Shown in pieces: positions 1 to 10,183 of a DNA stretch of 55,452 nt. Made by a program: the position numbers and the translations under genes. The DNA is from Candidatus Sericytochromatia bacterium. GTDB lineage: Bacteria > Cyanobacteriota > Sericytochromatia > S15B-MN24 > JAQBPE01. The DNA is taken from positions 1 through 55,452 of the forward strand of contig JBBAPZ010000001.1 in NCBI GenBank assembly GCA_040400605.1, given 5' to 3'. Below the pieces are notes generated by a model. The model searched no databases. It saw only the letters and a program-made list of their open reading frames with translations, and had not been told where the DNA came from. How positions within the stretch are numbered: the stretch's first letter is position 1; each line of letters starts with the position of its first letter.

Positions 1-2
1 CT

Positions 3-3000
3 GATCGTGCGCAGGACTTGGTGGGGCAATTGCTGGCGCGCGGAGGTATGTTCGAGAATCGCATGCTGGCGGCTGAACCGCCGCGGGTGTCGGATGTATT
101 GGATCTGGTGCGTCATGCGCACGACTTTGGCATGGCAAGCCAGGTGAAGGATGGTCTCAATTGGGGAGTGGAATTGCTGCGCGAAAACCCGGCCCGTGAG
201 TACGTGGCTGAAGCGAAAGCCGGCCGTGGAAAAGGCATGATTGAAGGGGTGGTTGCTTCATCGGATGGCACAGTGCAGGACAAGGCCTCTTTGTATCTGG
301 CCGCATCAAAGGAAGCGAATGCGATTGCGTCGCTTGCTTTGGCGACTGAAAACGAGCCCATTGCCCGCAAAGCGTTAAGCATGGTTCGGCCCCATCTGCA
401 GCCTGACTCTGCCGAGATCACGAAACGCCTGAAGCTGTTGAGTCAATCGCTGGATGAAACCCAAAAACCGAAACTAGAAAGAAACGCGACGGGCGAGGCA
501 CGCCGTCAATCTGCGCGCCGGCCGCTTGAGTTTGGCGTCGAACGTGAAAGAACGCGCCTCGAGGGCGTCCGCTTGAGTGCCAGGCAGCCCTTGCCGGAAC
601 GACAGGCACTGCTTCAGCAGATTCAACGGGGCGAAGTGCCCTTGCTGGAGGGTATTCAGCGTTTGAAGGAACGCAATCCGCAACATGAGGAAGCGCTCAG
701 CTTCATGCAGGCGTGTCTGAAAGCATCGCCTGAGCAGAGAAAAAATGTGAATTTGGATTTCGTACTTGAGGACAACGTGCCAACGCGCACAGATGCAGCA
801 TCGCGCCTCGTGGATATTTTTTCGGCGGCGGGTAGTCCAAAAAGCGCCGAGGTTACAGCGCTGTTTCTTGAGATGCACCCGGAGTTTCGGGGTTTGGAGA
901 CGGTGCGCGAGCACATGTTGAAAAAGCTCAAGGCGCTTCGTGCAGCGGATCCGGAAACCGATTTCTATGCCAGACAGCTTGAGTCCCCAACCGCGCTGCT
1001 GGACTGGGCAGATCGTTATCCGGGTCATCGCGGCAGTATTCGTGAGGTTATCATTCACGAACAAGCAGATGATGGCAATCACCGGGTTAGGTTCGAGAGG
1101 GGAAGATTGCGTTTTGACTACGCTAAGTTTTTGAACAACGGGGCACAATCCGTGCGCCTGCTTGAAAGAAACGATCGCGTGAAACCCAAGTTGCAGGGTA
1201 TCAACGAATTGCTGAGTGACGCAGAGAACCATATTCGCACGACACTCCGCATCAGGCCAGACGCTCGTTTTTCTTGGGGTGGGTGGACTGACTCGGGTGC
1301 TGGTAAAACCGTTGCGGATGAGAGCCAAGCCCGGGTAGCGGCGGCGCTTGGTGTTGTCAACGAATCTGAAGCGGTCGTTTCGCGCTCTTTGGCAGCCTTG
1401 AGGGCTGAGATTCCTAACTTGCTGGCCAGCGGCAAGGCTGAGGAAGCAAAAAGTTTGCTGCAAACCGCCCAACACTTGCCGGAGGCCTTCTGGGCGGAGC
1501 AAACTTGGGATGGTGTGATGCCTTTACTGCGCATTGCTGATGCCCAAGGTTGGCATACTGAGCGCAAGGAGCTGTTTGCTCAGGCTGCCAGGCTTGCCAA
1601 AACGCCTGCCGAACAACAGGAAATGATCTGGCTGGGGCGTTTGATGGGTGAATCCGCCGAAAATCTGCCGTCCAGGGTTGAACCAGCGGTTGGACGGCGG
1701 GTGTTAACCGAGTTCCTCGCCAGTACCCGTAATAGTGAGCAGGATTATCCACGGGTGTTGAAGGCGTTGGAAATTCAAAACGAGTCGGAAGCGGAATTTT
1801 GGACGCAGTGGCGCAAGGCGTTGACTTTGCCGGGTGACCAGGAACCCGGGTATGTCATCGAACAGTTATTGGATTACACGCAACAGAAGACGCAAAAGGG
1901 CCGGTATGGCGCCATGTTGGATGTACTGAATCGCGAAGAAAAATGGTCACAGGCGTTGAAAAGTGGCTTTGACGTGTTAAAGGATGGGGCGCCACCTGCG
2001 CATCAGGGACTTGTCGAGGCCGGGCGCATGGCCCCGTTTAACACACAACGCCAGATTCTGGCGCGCTTGCAACGTGGGGTGCCAGAATCTGCAGACGCGG
2101 TCAGCGAACTGCTCTGGCTGGCCAATGCGCAGTTAGAGGTTAACCAGGTGCCTCGCGAGGCGGCGGCGGCACTGGTTAACCGACTGCCGGCTGAGCGTCA
2201 GGCGTTGGCACAGTTCCTTGTTGACCCATCGATCAAGGAACCGGGTCGCTTGCAGCGACTGGCTGTGGATCGCCTCAAGCAACCGTTGGCGAATGAGGCG
2301 ACCGGATTGTCCGAGTTGCGGTGGCTGGCGAATGAGGTGGGCGAGGATCGGGCTGATGTGGGCTCAGCCCAGGCGGCAGTCAGTTTGCTTGGCCTGATGC
2401 GGCCGCACTTGCAAGGTAATGAAAAATTGTTGGCGGATACGGTTAAAGACTTCGAGGCTGCTGATGTGCATCGACAGGTTTTGCGTAGTTTGCTCGAGCC
2501 AGGTGACGCGTCTAAAAATCCGTTGGATGCCTTGGTTGCGCTGAATATTGATGCAGACACCCGGTCTGCCCTTCTTGGCAGGCTTCCATCACTCGCGGAC
2601 AGCCCGGATGTCTCGCCGCTGCAGCGCGTGTTGGCCAAGAACGCGAAGCGCGCTTATAGCGGGGAACGGCGTGGAATAGAGGAGGCGGCTAATCAGCTTT
2701 TTGCTGCACTCAAATCAGCGTCGGCCTTTCGTGGAGATGTTCGTGAGGGTGTGCTGGATGTGCTCGATAAAACCGTTCGAGAATATGCGTCAAGTTATGA
2801 TTCGATAACAAATGCGAATCGACGGGTCGAGCGGGTGGCTTGGGCGGCGCTGGCCGATCAGGTCCAATCTCCCGAAAAACGCGTAATTCAGAGCGTGACG
2901 CGTGAAGGGGGCGTCAGTGGGGAAAAGGTGCGTATGGAGCTGTTTAAAGCGATCAAGACGCGACGCTTTGAGCGAGCGTCTGAGCTGGAGGCGTTGTTGG

Positions 3001-3218
3001 CGTTCGTGAAATCGGTTCCGGAGGGTGAGGGCAAGAGGAACTTGCGGGTAGGCGTTTTGGAGGAACTGCAAGCGTATTATGAGGAGTTGGGTGATAAACG
3101 CGCATTGGCACTTGTGAAGGCGGCCATGGCACATGAGAACGTGGCCAGCAACAGCGATTTCAAGAACTTTAATAACGTTGCGGACTCTGTTTTTAAACAG
3201 CTTGAACAGCAGTTATAG
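3..3218 (+). CDS. Large predicted alpha-helical hypothetical protein, >1066 aa, probably 5'-truncated by the window edge
   Basis: Frame is open from position 3 (GAT CGT GCG CAG GAC TTG...) to TAG at 3216-3218. Ala/Leu/Glu/Arg-rich. No family motif recognised. Confidence 0.8.
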   Translation, partial: DRAQDLVGQLLARGGMFENRMLAAEPPRVSDVLDLVRHAHDFGMASQVKDGLNWGVELLRENPAREYVAEAKAGRGKGMIEGVVASSDGTVQDKASLYLAASKEANAIASLALATENEPIARKALSMVRPHLQPDSAEITKRLKLLSQSLDETQKPKLERNATGEARRQSARRPLEFGVERERTRLEGVRLSARQPLPERQALLQQIQRGEVPLLEGIQRLKERNPQHEEALSFMQACLKASPEQRKNVNLDFVLEDNVPTRTDAASRLVDIFSAAGSPKSAEVTALFLEMHPEFRGLETVREHMLKKLKALRAADPETDFYARQLESPTALLDWADRYPGHRGSIREVIIHEQADDGNHRVRFERGRLRFDYAKFLNNGAQSVRLLERNDRVKPKLQGINELLSDAENHIRTTLRIRPDARFSWGGWTDSGAGKTVADESQARVAAALGVVNESEAVVSRSLAALRAEIPNLLASGKAEEAKSLLQTAQHLPEAFWAEQTWDGVMPLLRIADAQGWHTERKELFAQAARLAKTPAEQQEMIWLGRLMGESAENLPSRVEPAVGRRVLTEFLASTRNSEQDYPRVLKALEIQNESEAEFWTQWRKALTLPGDQEPGYVIEQLLDYTQQKTQKGRYGAMLDVLNREEKWSQALKSGFDVLKDGAPPAHQGLVEAGRMAPFNTQRQILARLQRGVPESADAVSELLWLANAQLEVNQVPREAAAALVNRLPAERQALAQFLVDPSIKEPGRLQRLAVDRLKQPLANEATGLSELRWLANEVGEDRADVGSAQAAVSLLGLMRPHLQGNEKLLADTVKDFEAADVHRQVLRSLLEPGDASKNPLDALVALNIDADTRSALLGRLPSLADSPDVSPLQRVLAKNAKRAYSGERRGIEEAANQLFAALKSASAFRGDVREGVLDVLDKTVREYASSYDSITNANRRVERVAWAALADQVQSPEKRVIQSVTREGGVSGEKVRMELFKAIKTRRFERASELEALLAFVKSVPEGEGKRNLRVGVLEELQAYYEELGDKRALALVKAAMAHENVASNSDFKNFNNVADSVFKQLEQQL

Positions 3219-3670
3219 GTACTGATTGAGACAGGCCTCCGCTTCATGCAAACGGTGCTGACCCACGCTCGTATTCTTGGCGACCGATTTGTCGCCCCTC
3301 AAGCTGCTCGTTGGAACTGGATGCGATCACCCTCTAAAAACACGGCAACTTTGAGCGTCGAGCAATCCTCCCAGGCTGCTTCGGCCATGACAACGACCGC
3401 GTCTGCCTGAACTTTGATTGCAAACCAAAAGAACCGGGTGAGTGAATCACAGCCACCATGCAGCCATCCATCAATTTTCCTGATTGTATATTGACTTTCA
3501 CTAACATTCTGCGGCCGTTGGCGGCATCGTTGGTTCATTTGCCCCTCCGGTGCTGTCGCGGTACGCTGGTCTGCTCAGGAATAATTGATGGTTCTCATGC
3601 AGCCACAAGTTTAGAACCCGCGCAGTGGGGAAAACATGCCAAAGATGCTTGGTGATGAAGGAGTTTTGCT

Positions 3671-4804
3671 TTGGCGCTTCACGTGATGCGACAGCTGTCC
3701 CTGGTTGTGTTATGTGCCTTGATGCTGGCCTGCCAGGCCGCCCAGCAAGCGGCAACGGAGGACCCATCCGCGCAATCCGTGGTGATACCGGAATCAGCGC
3801 GCAAGGTGTATGCGGGTGCAGATGGACTGGCGCTCAAGGAACAGGCAAGTGTGGCGGAGGCGCCATCGGGTGCAGCTCGGGCACAGGATGGCGGGAAAAC
3901 ACAGTCCGGTGTCCAAGACGCCATGGAAGGAGTGTACCTGATTCGCAGCGCCAACGTGGGTATGCGGGTCAAACGCCTGCAAACGGCGGTGGCGCAGGTG
4001 CGCCAACTCGCAATCAGGCAAGGTGGCTTTGTTAGTGAGTCCAACGAATCGATCCAGGAAGGGCAGACGCCCGTTGCAAACCTGACGTTGCGGATACCAG
4101 CCGCACGTTTTGATCACGTACTGGGCGGACTCACACAAATCACGGACGCGGATGTGCTCTCCCAATCAACGGCCAGCGAAGACGTCTCGCTCGAATATGT
4201 AGACACCCAGTCACGGGTGCGAAACCTCAAGCGTGAAGAAGCCCGATTGTTGAAACTGCTGGAACGCAGCGGCAAACTCGCTGACATTCTGACCGTCGAG
4301 CGCGAATTGTCTCGCGTTCGCCAAGAGATTGAGCAGGCCGAAGGCCGGGTGCGTCAGTTATCCCGACAAGTGGCCCTGGCAACCATTACCGTGTCTTTGA
4401 CCGAACAGGTTACACACGTTGAACACGGCCCCTGGCAACTGGCCAGTGTGTGGCAAGACGCGTGGTCAGGCGCGCAGCGTGCGTTGGCCGCGACTGTCAC
4501 CACGTGGGTTCAGCGACTGGTCTGGTTCGGGTTCGTCTGGATTCCCACCACCTTGCCGTGGGTGTTGTTGTATCTGTTGGGCGGTTGGGGACTGGGTCGC
4601 CTGGCGCCGCGGCACCTGCCACGCGCGTTGGCGAACCGGTTTTGGCATTTCTGGTCTGCCTTGGGGGTGATTTGGTTGGGCTTGCTGTACCCAACGCTTT
4701 GGATGGTGCTTGGCCTGTTTGGTTTGAGCGTGCTGGCCGTCTGGGGTGGCACGTGGATGTGGGATTGGGTCAACCGTCGCTGGAAAGTTTTCAGAGAAAG
4801 GTGA
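3671..4804 (+). CDS. DUF4349 domain-containing lipoprotein/membrane protein
   Basis: AAGGAG SD before TTG and a lipobox-like LMLAC. Typical DUF4349 segments LIRSANV...GGFV...LTLRIPA and EDVSLEYVDTQSRVRNL...ILTVERELSRVRQEIEQAEG. C-terminal TM helices. Confidence 0.85.
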   Translation: MALHVMRQLSLVVLCALMLACQAAQQAATEDPSAQSVVIPESARKVYAGADGLALKEQASVAEAPSGAARAQDGGKTQSGVQDAMEGVYLIRSANVGMRVKRLQTAVAQVRQLAIRQGGFVSESNESIQEGQTPVANLTLRIPAARFDHVLGGLTQITDADVLSQSTASEDVSLEYVDTQSRVRNLKREEARLLKLLERSGKLADILTVERELSRVRQEIEQAEGRVRQLSRQVALATITVSLTEQVTHVEHGPWQLASVWQDAWSGAQRALAATVTTWVQRLVWFGFVWIPTTLPWVLLYLLGGWGLGRLAPRHLPRALANRFWHFWSALGVIWLGLLYPTLWMVLGLFGLSVLAVWGGTWMWDWVNRRWKVFRER

Positions 4805-5073
4805 TTCTCACACGCCGCCCCCGATACAACCCCCGGAGGTGTGAGGGCACCGTTTCGGAATAACACCTGTGCCGCAGCCATCACCAGACGCTTATGCGGC
4901 TGCGCCGCGTTCGCAAGACGAACGGCCCGACGGCGGGGGTGATGATGTTTGAGACACCGGGTGTGCCGCAAAACAAACGAGGCTGTGAGTGTGGGCCGGA
5001 TGCCGCGATGCAAACCGTCAGAATGTCTGCCAACCACACGTCGCAAAAAAACGGCCGCAGGCGAAGGACGCGT

Positions 5074-6213
5074 TCAAACACCCGCACCGGACAATGTTTG
5101 AATCGTCTCAGCGATTGGACGTGACGCGCGCCCGAATTGGTGTCGCATCAAAAATTCACACGTGCGGCGAACGAGCAAGGCCTGATTCTCAGGTTCATAC
5201 CAGGGCAGGCTGTCAACCAGGTTTCGATTGACAGCCACTTTGTGTACAAACATCTGCCGGGCGAATAAAGCAACGTTGGCAAGCGCCTTGCGCACGCGAG
5301 GACTTCCCAGTCCCGACAGGCCTTCCATCAACAGTTCGAAGCCTTCGTGGTCCGTCCAGATGGGCCGGGGGAACTGTAAGCGCCGATACTGCGGATCGCT
5401 TTCGAAGACCTCAAACATGGTGTTGATGATAGCCCTTGTTGACAAGCCGTGCTCCGGCGAATGTACGACATTCACAATGCGATGCCTTTGACGCGCTCGC
5501 ACCAAATCAACGACTGCACGGGCCACAAATTTGCCGGTGACGAGGTAAAGTTTGCTGTCCGGATCACCCGGCATGACCGATAGGTAACCATCGTGAAACA
5601 GGCCAAGGGTACGGTGAAAGGCGTTAAACTGGGTGACGCGGCCACTCGCATCATCCGCGATGACCAATCCGACCCGGTAGATGTTCCAAGGCAGGTCGGG
5701 CCGCGCCAGCAGTTCATCTTCAGAGCTTGCTTTCGAGCGTTCGTAGGCGTTGGTAAAACCGTCTGTGTGATCGGGTGTCAGGGGCGCCTCGGGGATGATG
5801 CCCGCCATCAAACCGGAGGCGTAAAAACTGCTCAACAGCGACACGTGCTCAAGTTTTGGGCAACGCGTCGCGAATTCGAGCACCTTGCGGGTGCCCTCGA
5901 CATTAACCCGGCGCGCGACATCTTCCGTGATATTGAAATGGTAGATGGCCGCGCAGTGAATGATCGCAACGATATCCTCGGTTGCAATCCGACTGAACGG
6001 ATCATCTGCTTCCAAAGCCCCCCATCCCCAAGTAATCAAGGGTTCATACCCGGCATACACGGGTTGCAACCGGGCGATTTTTTCAGCGGCCTGTGCCTCT
6101 GAGTCTGCGTGGATCCATAGCAAAACGGGTTCGTTGAGATCGAAAACGAACCGGTGGGCGATCAAAGCACCCAGGTAACCGCCAGCACCCGTGATCAATG
6201 TCTTTGAGGCCAT
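5074..6213 (-). CDS. Extended SDR, thioester-reductase / fatty-acyl reductase (NAD_binding_4)-like oxidoreductase
   Basis: LITGAGGYLG Rossmann motif, IIHCAA, VNVEGT, and a catalytic YERSK (YxxxK). Confidence 0.85.
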   Translation of the reverse strand: MASKTLITGAGGYLGALIAHRFVFDLNEPVLLWIHADSEAQAAEKIARLQPVYAGYEPLITWGWGALEADDPFSRIATEDIVAIIHCAAIYHFNITEDVARRVNVEGTRKVLEFATRCPKLEHVSLLSSFYASGLMAGIIPEAPLTPDHTDGFTNAYERSKASSEDELLARPDLPWNIYRVGLVIADDASGRVTQFNAFHRTLGLFHDGYLSVMPGDPDSKLYLVTGKFVARAVVDLVRARQRHRIVNVVHSPEHGLSTRAIINTMFEVFESDPQYRRLQFPRPIWTDHEGFELLMEGLSGLGSPRVRKALANVALFARQMFVHKVAVNRNLVDSLPWYEPENQALLVRRTCEFLMRHQFGRASRPIAETIQTLSGAGV

Positions 6214-6215
6214 CG

Positions 6216-7169
6216 CTAAACTTTCTCCAGAATGAGGCCCTGCCAGTTCATTCCGAAACTGGCCATAAACAGCAGCAGGCGATCGCCTGATTTTAACTGC
6301 CCCGTCGCCTCGAGGGCCTGCAAGTTAACAAGGTTGTCCGAGCCCAACACATGCCCCACATCCGCAACCGTCCAACGTACCACCCGTTCTAGTGGAAAAC
6401 CCAGCGATCGCGCCAGTATCTGCCACACCTTGGGACTGGTATTTTGCGGCACAATCCAGTCAATTTCCTGGATCGACAAACCCGCAACGACGAGTGTCTC
6501 TGTGATGATACGGTTGCAAAAGCCAAAATGGGTGCCTGCGATCTGATCATCACTGGCATCCAACAAGGCCCCGATGGTGATCGCGTGATTCGCCACCAAC
6601 CGATAACCACCAGGCTCCCGCGACACGACGCAGGCCGATGCGCCATCCGATAACAGACTGAAAGACTGTTCATAAAGCGCACCCGGCGGAACGAGATCAG
6701 CAACCACACACAAAATCCGCGACTGACTGGGCTCCGCGACAAGTAACGCCCGGGCGATCCGAATGGCGCCCAGCATCCCCGTAGTGGCTTGCTGGGTTAA
6801 ACCGATCACCGACGCTTGGCCCAAATCAAGGTCAGCCTGCAAACGACTCGCAGGGTAGCGTGCCACGTCCCTGATGTCACGGCTTTGCTCGAATGCTCCT
6901 TGATGAGCAAGGTTCGCGTTCGACGGCAAGACCGTCGCGTACACGATCGTGGTAACCCCCATGATCGCACTGCCCAAGTCACCAACCGCCCGACGCGCAA
7001 GTTCATCGCACGATGCCCCAGCGCAAGCCACCCGGTGATGACCAAAACCACTGGCGCGCAACGTCAGGGCATCGGTCTTGGTCAAACCTGCAGCCGCACT
7101 GGCCTCAACCGTTTGTAGACATTCTGGGAAAGCAACAGCCTGACAATTGATGTAAACGTCGATTGACAC
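6216..7169 (-). CDS. 3-oxoacyl-ACP synthase III (FabH/KAS III)-like protein with non-canonical active site
   Basis: Thiolase-fold motifs LLSDGASACVVSR, EIDWIVP, GH..GSD, LKSGDRLLLFMASFGMNW. Its stop lies 2 nt before the SDR start. Confidence 0.8.
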   Translation of the reverse strand: MSIDVYINCQAVAFPECLQTVEASAAAGLTKTDALTLRASGFGHHRVACAGASCDELARRAVGDLGSAIMGVTTIVYATVLPSNANLAHQGAFEQSRDIRDVARYPASRLQADLDLGQASVIGLTQQATTGMLGAIRIARALLVAEPSQSRILCVVADLVPPGALYEQSFSLLSDGASACVVSREPGGYRLVANHAITIGALLDASDDQIAGTHFGFCNRIITETLVVAGLSIQEIDWIVPQNTSPKVWQILARSLGFPLERVVRWTVADVGHVLGSDNLVNLQALEATGQLKSGDRLLLFMASFGMNWQGLILEKV

Positions 7170-7886
7170 GATTCACGCTCCGAACCCATTTGCACAGTTG
7201 CTGCCAATGCGCGATCACCCGGCCTGACGAACCGAAAAACCGACACCCAAGCGTCACTGGACATAAAAAAAGCCTTGATTGACAATCAAATTTTCGTGTT
7301 TGTCAGATAAAAGCACGTGAAAAACGAATGTTTTTTTGCTTGTTGCCCACCTGATGAAGAGAAACCGTTGTATCGCTGGATAGACGGGGCATGTGCCCGA
7401 TAAAAAGTCTGCCCAAATCACTTTCAGCCTACCACGAACAGGTCTGTTTCGACTCATGATGTCTGCCTGTTCGTCGTATTTGACAGGCTGCTGAAAAACT
7501 CGGTTTAGGCGCCTTGTGGAGCCTGTAAACCCGCATTCCGCGCTGAGCAATCTTGACGGAAAAGTGCCTGTGAGGGGGCTTGAATTCATTCTCGATTAAA
7601 TCCACAAAGAGACGCATTTCAGCCACGCGGCAGGAGTACCGCGCCTCAATTGATACCGACAGGAAACGTGAGAAGCATCAACGGGCATGCGACAGTTAAC
7701 CGTTTCAAATCCTGAAAAACAAGTTATAGCCTTGTCAATAAAAAATATTCGATCCACAAAACGAGCTGTTTCAGTTTGCACGCGAGACAGTCTCAAACAA
7801 GTGCCAAAAGGATGTTTTAAGCATCGTTCGACTTGATGAGTGATGCCGAAGCGACCAATATTGTCATTGCCAGGTAAATGCGCTAA

Positions 7887-7991
7887 CGCATTGATGTGAT
7901 CATCGCTTGGTTGGGTCAGGCAGATGATCGCGCAGTGGTGCAGACAGCTCGGCGGGAGGGAAAGTTGCTGTGTGAGGTGCGAGCATCATGA
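7887..7991 (+). pseudogene. C-terminal remnant of a minimal nucleotidyltransferase (MNT) antitoxin
   Basis: Frame reads RIDVIIAWLGQADDRAVVQTARREGKLLCEVRAS*, resembling an MNT C-terminus (xIDvv...A.reG..L). Its TGA overlaps the HEPN ATG (ATGA). An in-frame TAA lies immediately upstream at 7884-7886. Confidence 0.55.
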
Positions 7992-8440
7992 GTTTGGCAC
8001 GCAAATGTCTCGAGACAGGTTGCTGGCAATGCGATCGCCAGGTCGAAGCGATTGTGGGCGCTTTAACTGATTGGCACGCGGCAGCACCGGTTGACTGGAC
8101 GGTTATCGAGCAAAACCCGATCCTTGTCCGCATCCTTGACCTGTTGCTGTATCGATTGACGAAATTGCAGGATGCTGTCGGCATGCGCCTGATTCCTGGC
8201 ACATCGGCGATTTTATCCGAACCGTTCGAGGAGTGGCCGATGATCGTTCGGCTCACCCGACTTGGCTACTTGAATACTGCCGAGTGGATGCGTTGGCGCG
8301 AGGTGCGTAATCGTTTGACACACGAATACCCTGACCAGGCCGAACGTCGTGCCGAAGCATTGCGACTGGCCGTGACGGCAGCTGCGGAGTTGCTTGTGTG
8401 TTACCAGGTCTGGCGGGCCAGGTTGGCGGGCCTGTCCTGA
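7988..8440 (+). CDS. HEPN-like (nucleotidyltransferase substrate-binding / HepT-like RNase) protein
   Basis: LYRLTKLQDAVG and WREVRNRLTHEYP (R-x4-H HEPN motif). GAGGTG SD upstream. Confidence 0.75.
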   Translation: MSLARKCLETGCWQCDRQVEAIVGALTDWHAAAPVDWTVIEQNPILVRILDLLLYRLTKLQDAVGMRLIPGTSAILSEPFEEWPMIVRLTRLGYLNTAEWMRWREVRNRLTHEYPDQAERRAEALRLAVTAAAELLVCYQVWRARLAGLS

Positions 8441-8602
8441 GTCCGGCCCACGGGTTTTTCTGGACGAAGGCGTGCAGCACCTGGTCAAAGTGATGCGTTG
8501 ACGCATCATACACGCGCGGGGAGGGGCGCCGGTTTAGCCCTGGCGTCAGTCTGAAGCACGCAAGAAGGCGCAACGTGACATCCCTGGAAACATCCGATGG
8601 CG

Positions 8603-8986
8603 CTATCCTGTTACGTACTCAACCTTGATGCGGTCCGGGTCTTCAAAAAAGACTTTGTAGCTCTCACCGTCTTCGCTCGGCGAGCCATAGAGAATCGGGA
8701 CTCCACGCTGGCTCAGTTCAATCGCCAGAAGGTCAACTGCCTGTCTGGATGGGGCGTGAAATGCCAGGTGGTTCAATCCGACGTGCTTCCGGTGATAAGC
8801 GTCTGCCTGATACCGCTCATCGACCTGCACGAAGACAATATAGCTGTCGGCAAACTTGAACGAGAATCCGTGCGCCCACTCCTGGTAGTGCACATAGCCC
8901 AACCGGCCAAGCAGCCACGACCAGAACACTTGGCTGCGGTCGAGGTTCGAGACGTAAAGTTCGACGTGGTGAAGCACGATACCCAT
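8603..8986 (-). CDS. VOC (glyoxalase/bleomycin resistance) family protein
   Basis: LHHVELYVSNLDRS, GLNHLAFHA, FFEDPDRIKVEYV. ATG at 8986 follows GAAAGG. Confidence 0.9.
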   Translation of the reverse strand: MGIVLHHVELYVSNLDRSQVFWSWLLGRLGYVHYQEWAHGFSFKFADSYIVFVQVDERYQADAYHRKHVGLNHLAFHAPSRQAVDLLAIELSQRGVPILYGSPSEDGESYKVFFEDPDRIKVEYVTG

Positions 8987-9317
8987 CCTTTCAATATTTA
9001 GCCGGCAGTTGAAACGCCAATTTATAGCCCCTGCATTGTTGATTTGACGCGACGCGGTTAGCAGGGATTTTGCCTCAAACAATTGAAAGGGCGTGGCTGG
9101 ATCGTAAGGCGCCTTAGGAATTTGAGACGAGCTAACTTTTTTAAAGTCGAGCACCAACCACGTCTTGCGAACGCCGCTTGAATCGACAATCCAGTTACTG
9201 GTTGACCCCAGGCTAAAAACAATCAGCGAGGGCGCCTAAACTCATTACATGGGGTAGTCCGGGTCGCCGCCGGTATCCCGTCTGTTTTCGCAAGCCACGA
9301 CCCACTTCACCCGGCCA

Positions 9318-10115
9318 TCAGTTCAAACCATGGATGGCTCGCTCATCAGCGCGAGAGGGGTGCATCATTTCAGAACAGAACTGCGGAAGCGCATGCGGCG
9401 GGGGGAATCCTTCGTCTTCCAGACGCTCGTGCAGCCGTTCGAGGGCCTCTTGCAATGGCTGGTAACGACAATCGGCCAATGCCTCGACCAGAAGCGGCCC
9501 CACACCCAATTCATCGGCAAGTGATCTGAGCTCCGGCTCCAGCCAGTGATCCAACGGCACCCAACGGTTTTCGAGGGCAAACAGCACACGTGACAGAGCC
9601 TTGACGCCGCGCACCACCACCATGCTGGTGGCAGCCCGAAAACCGCGCATCTCAGTTTTGCGAGCCCGGGCAATTGCAAGCACGGCATCGAGGGCGCCAT
9701 GATGAATTCGCGCCTGGCGAAAACGCCGGTCCATCGTGGCCAGGGAACGCACAGCATCCGTTATGTCTCCATCACGTTCGAAGAGCACGGATGCTTGCTC
9801 ATAGGGCCAATGATCGAGATCGTGAGGGGAACTGGCCTTGCCCTGCAACACTGCCAGGCTGGTCAGTTGGGCGTCGTAGACGAGGCGCGGATGCTTAGCT
9901 GCCGAATCGCGTTCCATCACGTAGCTGTCGGCCGGTGCCACCCGGTCAAAGGCCAAGGGCGCAAGCAAGACTTCAAGGTCGTCGTCTGACATCGTGTCGC
10001 CGTGACCGCGACTTTTGGAACCGACCCATATGACACCCAAAACATCGGGATCGGCCGTCCATTCCAAGACACGTTCGCGGGTTCTGGGGTGAAGGGAATC
10101 AGGCAAGGCAAGCAT
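9318..10115 (-). CDS. Pol-beta superfamily nucleotidyltransferase domain protein with helical C-terminal domain
   Basis: GVIWVGSKSRG...SDDDLEV (GS-x-DxD motif). GGAGGGGAG SD. Confidence 0.75.
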   Translation of the reverse strand: MLALPDSLHPRTRERVLEWTADPDVLGVIWVGSKSRGHGDTMSDDDLEVLLAPLAFDRVAPADSYVMERDSAAKHPRLVYDAQLTSLAVLQGKASSPHDLDHWPYEQASVLFERDGDITDAVRSLATMDRRFRQARIHHGALDAVLAIARARKTEMRGFRAATSMVVVRGVKALSRVLFALENRWVPLDHWLEPELRSLADELGVGPLLVEALADCRYQPLQEALERLHERLEDEGFPPPHALPQFCSEMMHPSRADERAIHGLN

Positions 10116-10143
10116 AGACTCTCCCCTCCAGAAGACACTTCAC

Positions 10144-10176
10144 AAAAAAAAGCCGAATGCCAGCGAGGGCTTCGAC
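10144..10176 (-). terminator. Rho-independent terminator after tRNA-Val
   Basis: Minus strand GTCGAAGCC-loop-GGCATTCGGC followed by an 8-nt T tract. Confidence 0.7.
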
Positions 10177-10183
10177 TACGGAG

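Noticed and set aside
3299..3538. 79-aa minus-strand ORF between the first two genes
   Set aside because: No recognisable motif or SD. It cannot be supported as a gene or remnant.
7484..7498. CAGGCTGCTGAAAAA, resembling an IS5/IS1182-type terminal inverted repeat
   Set aside because: No transposase and no correctly oriented partner end. The similar TTTTTCAGCGGCCTG near 6079-6093 lies inside the SDR coding sequence and faces the wrong way.
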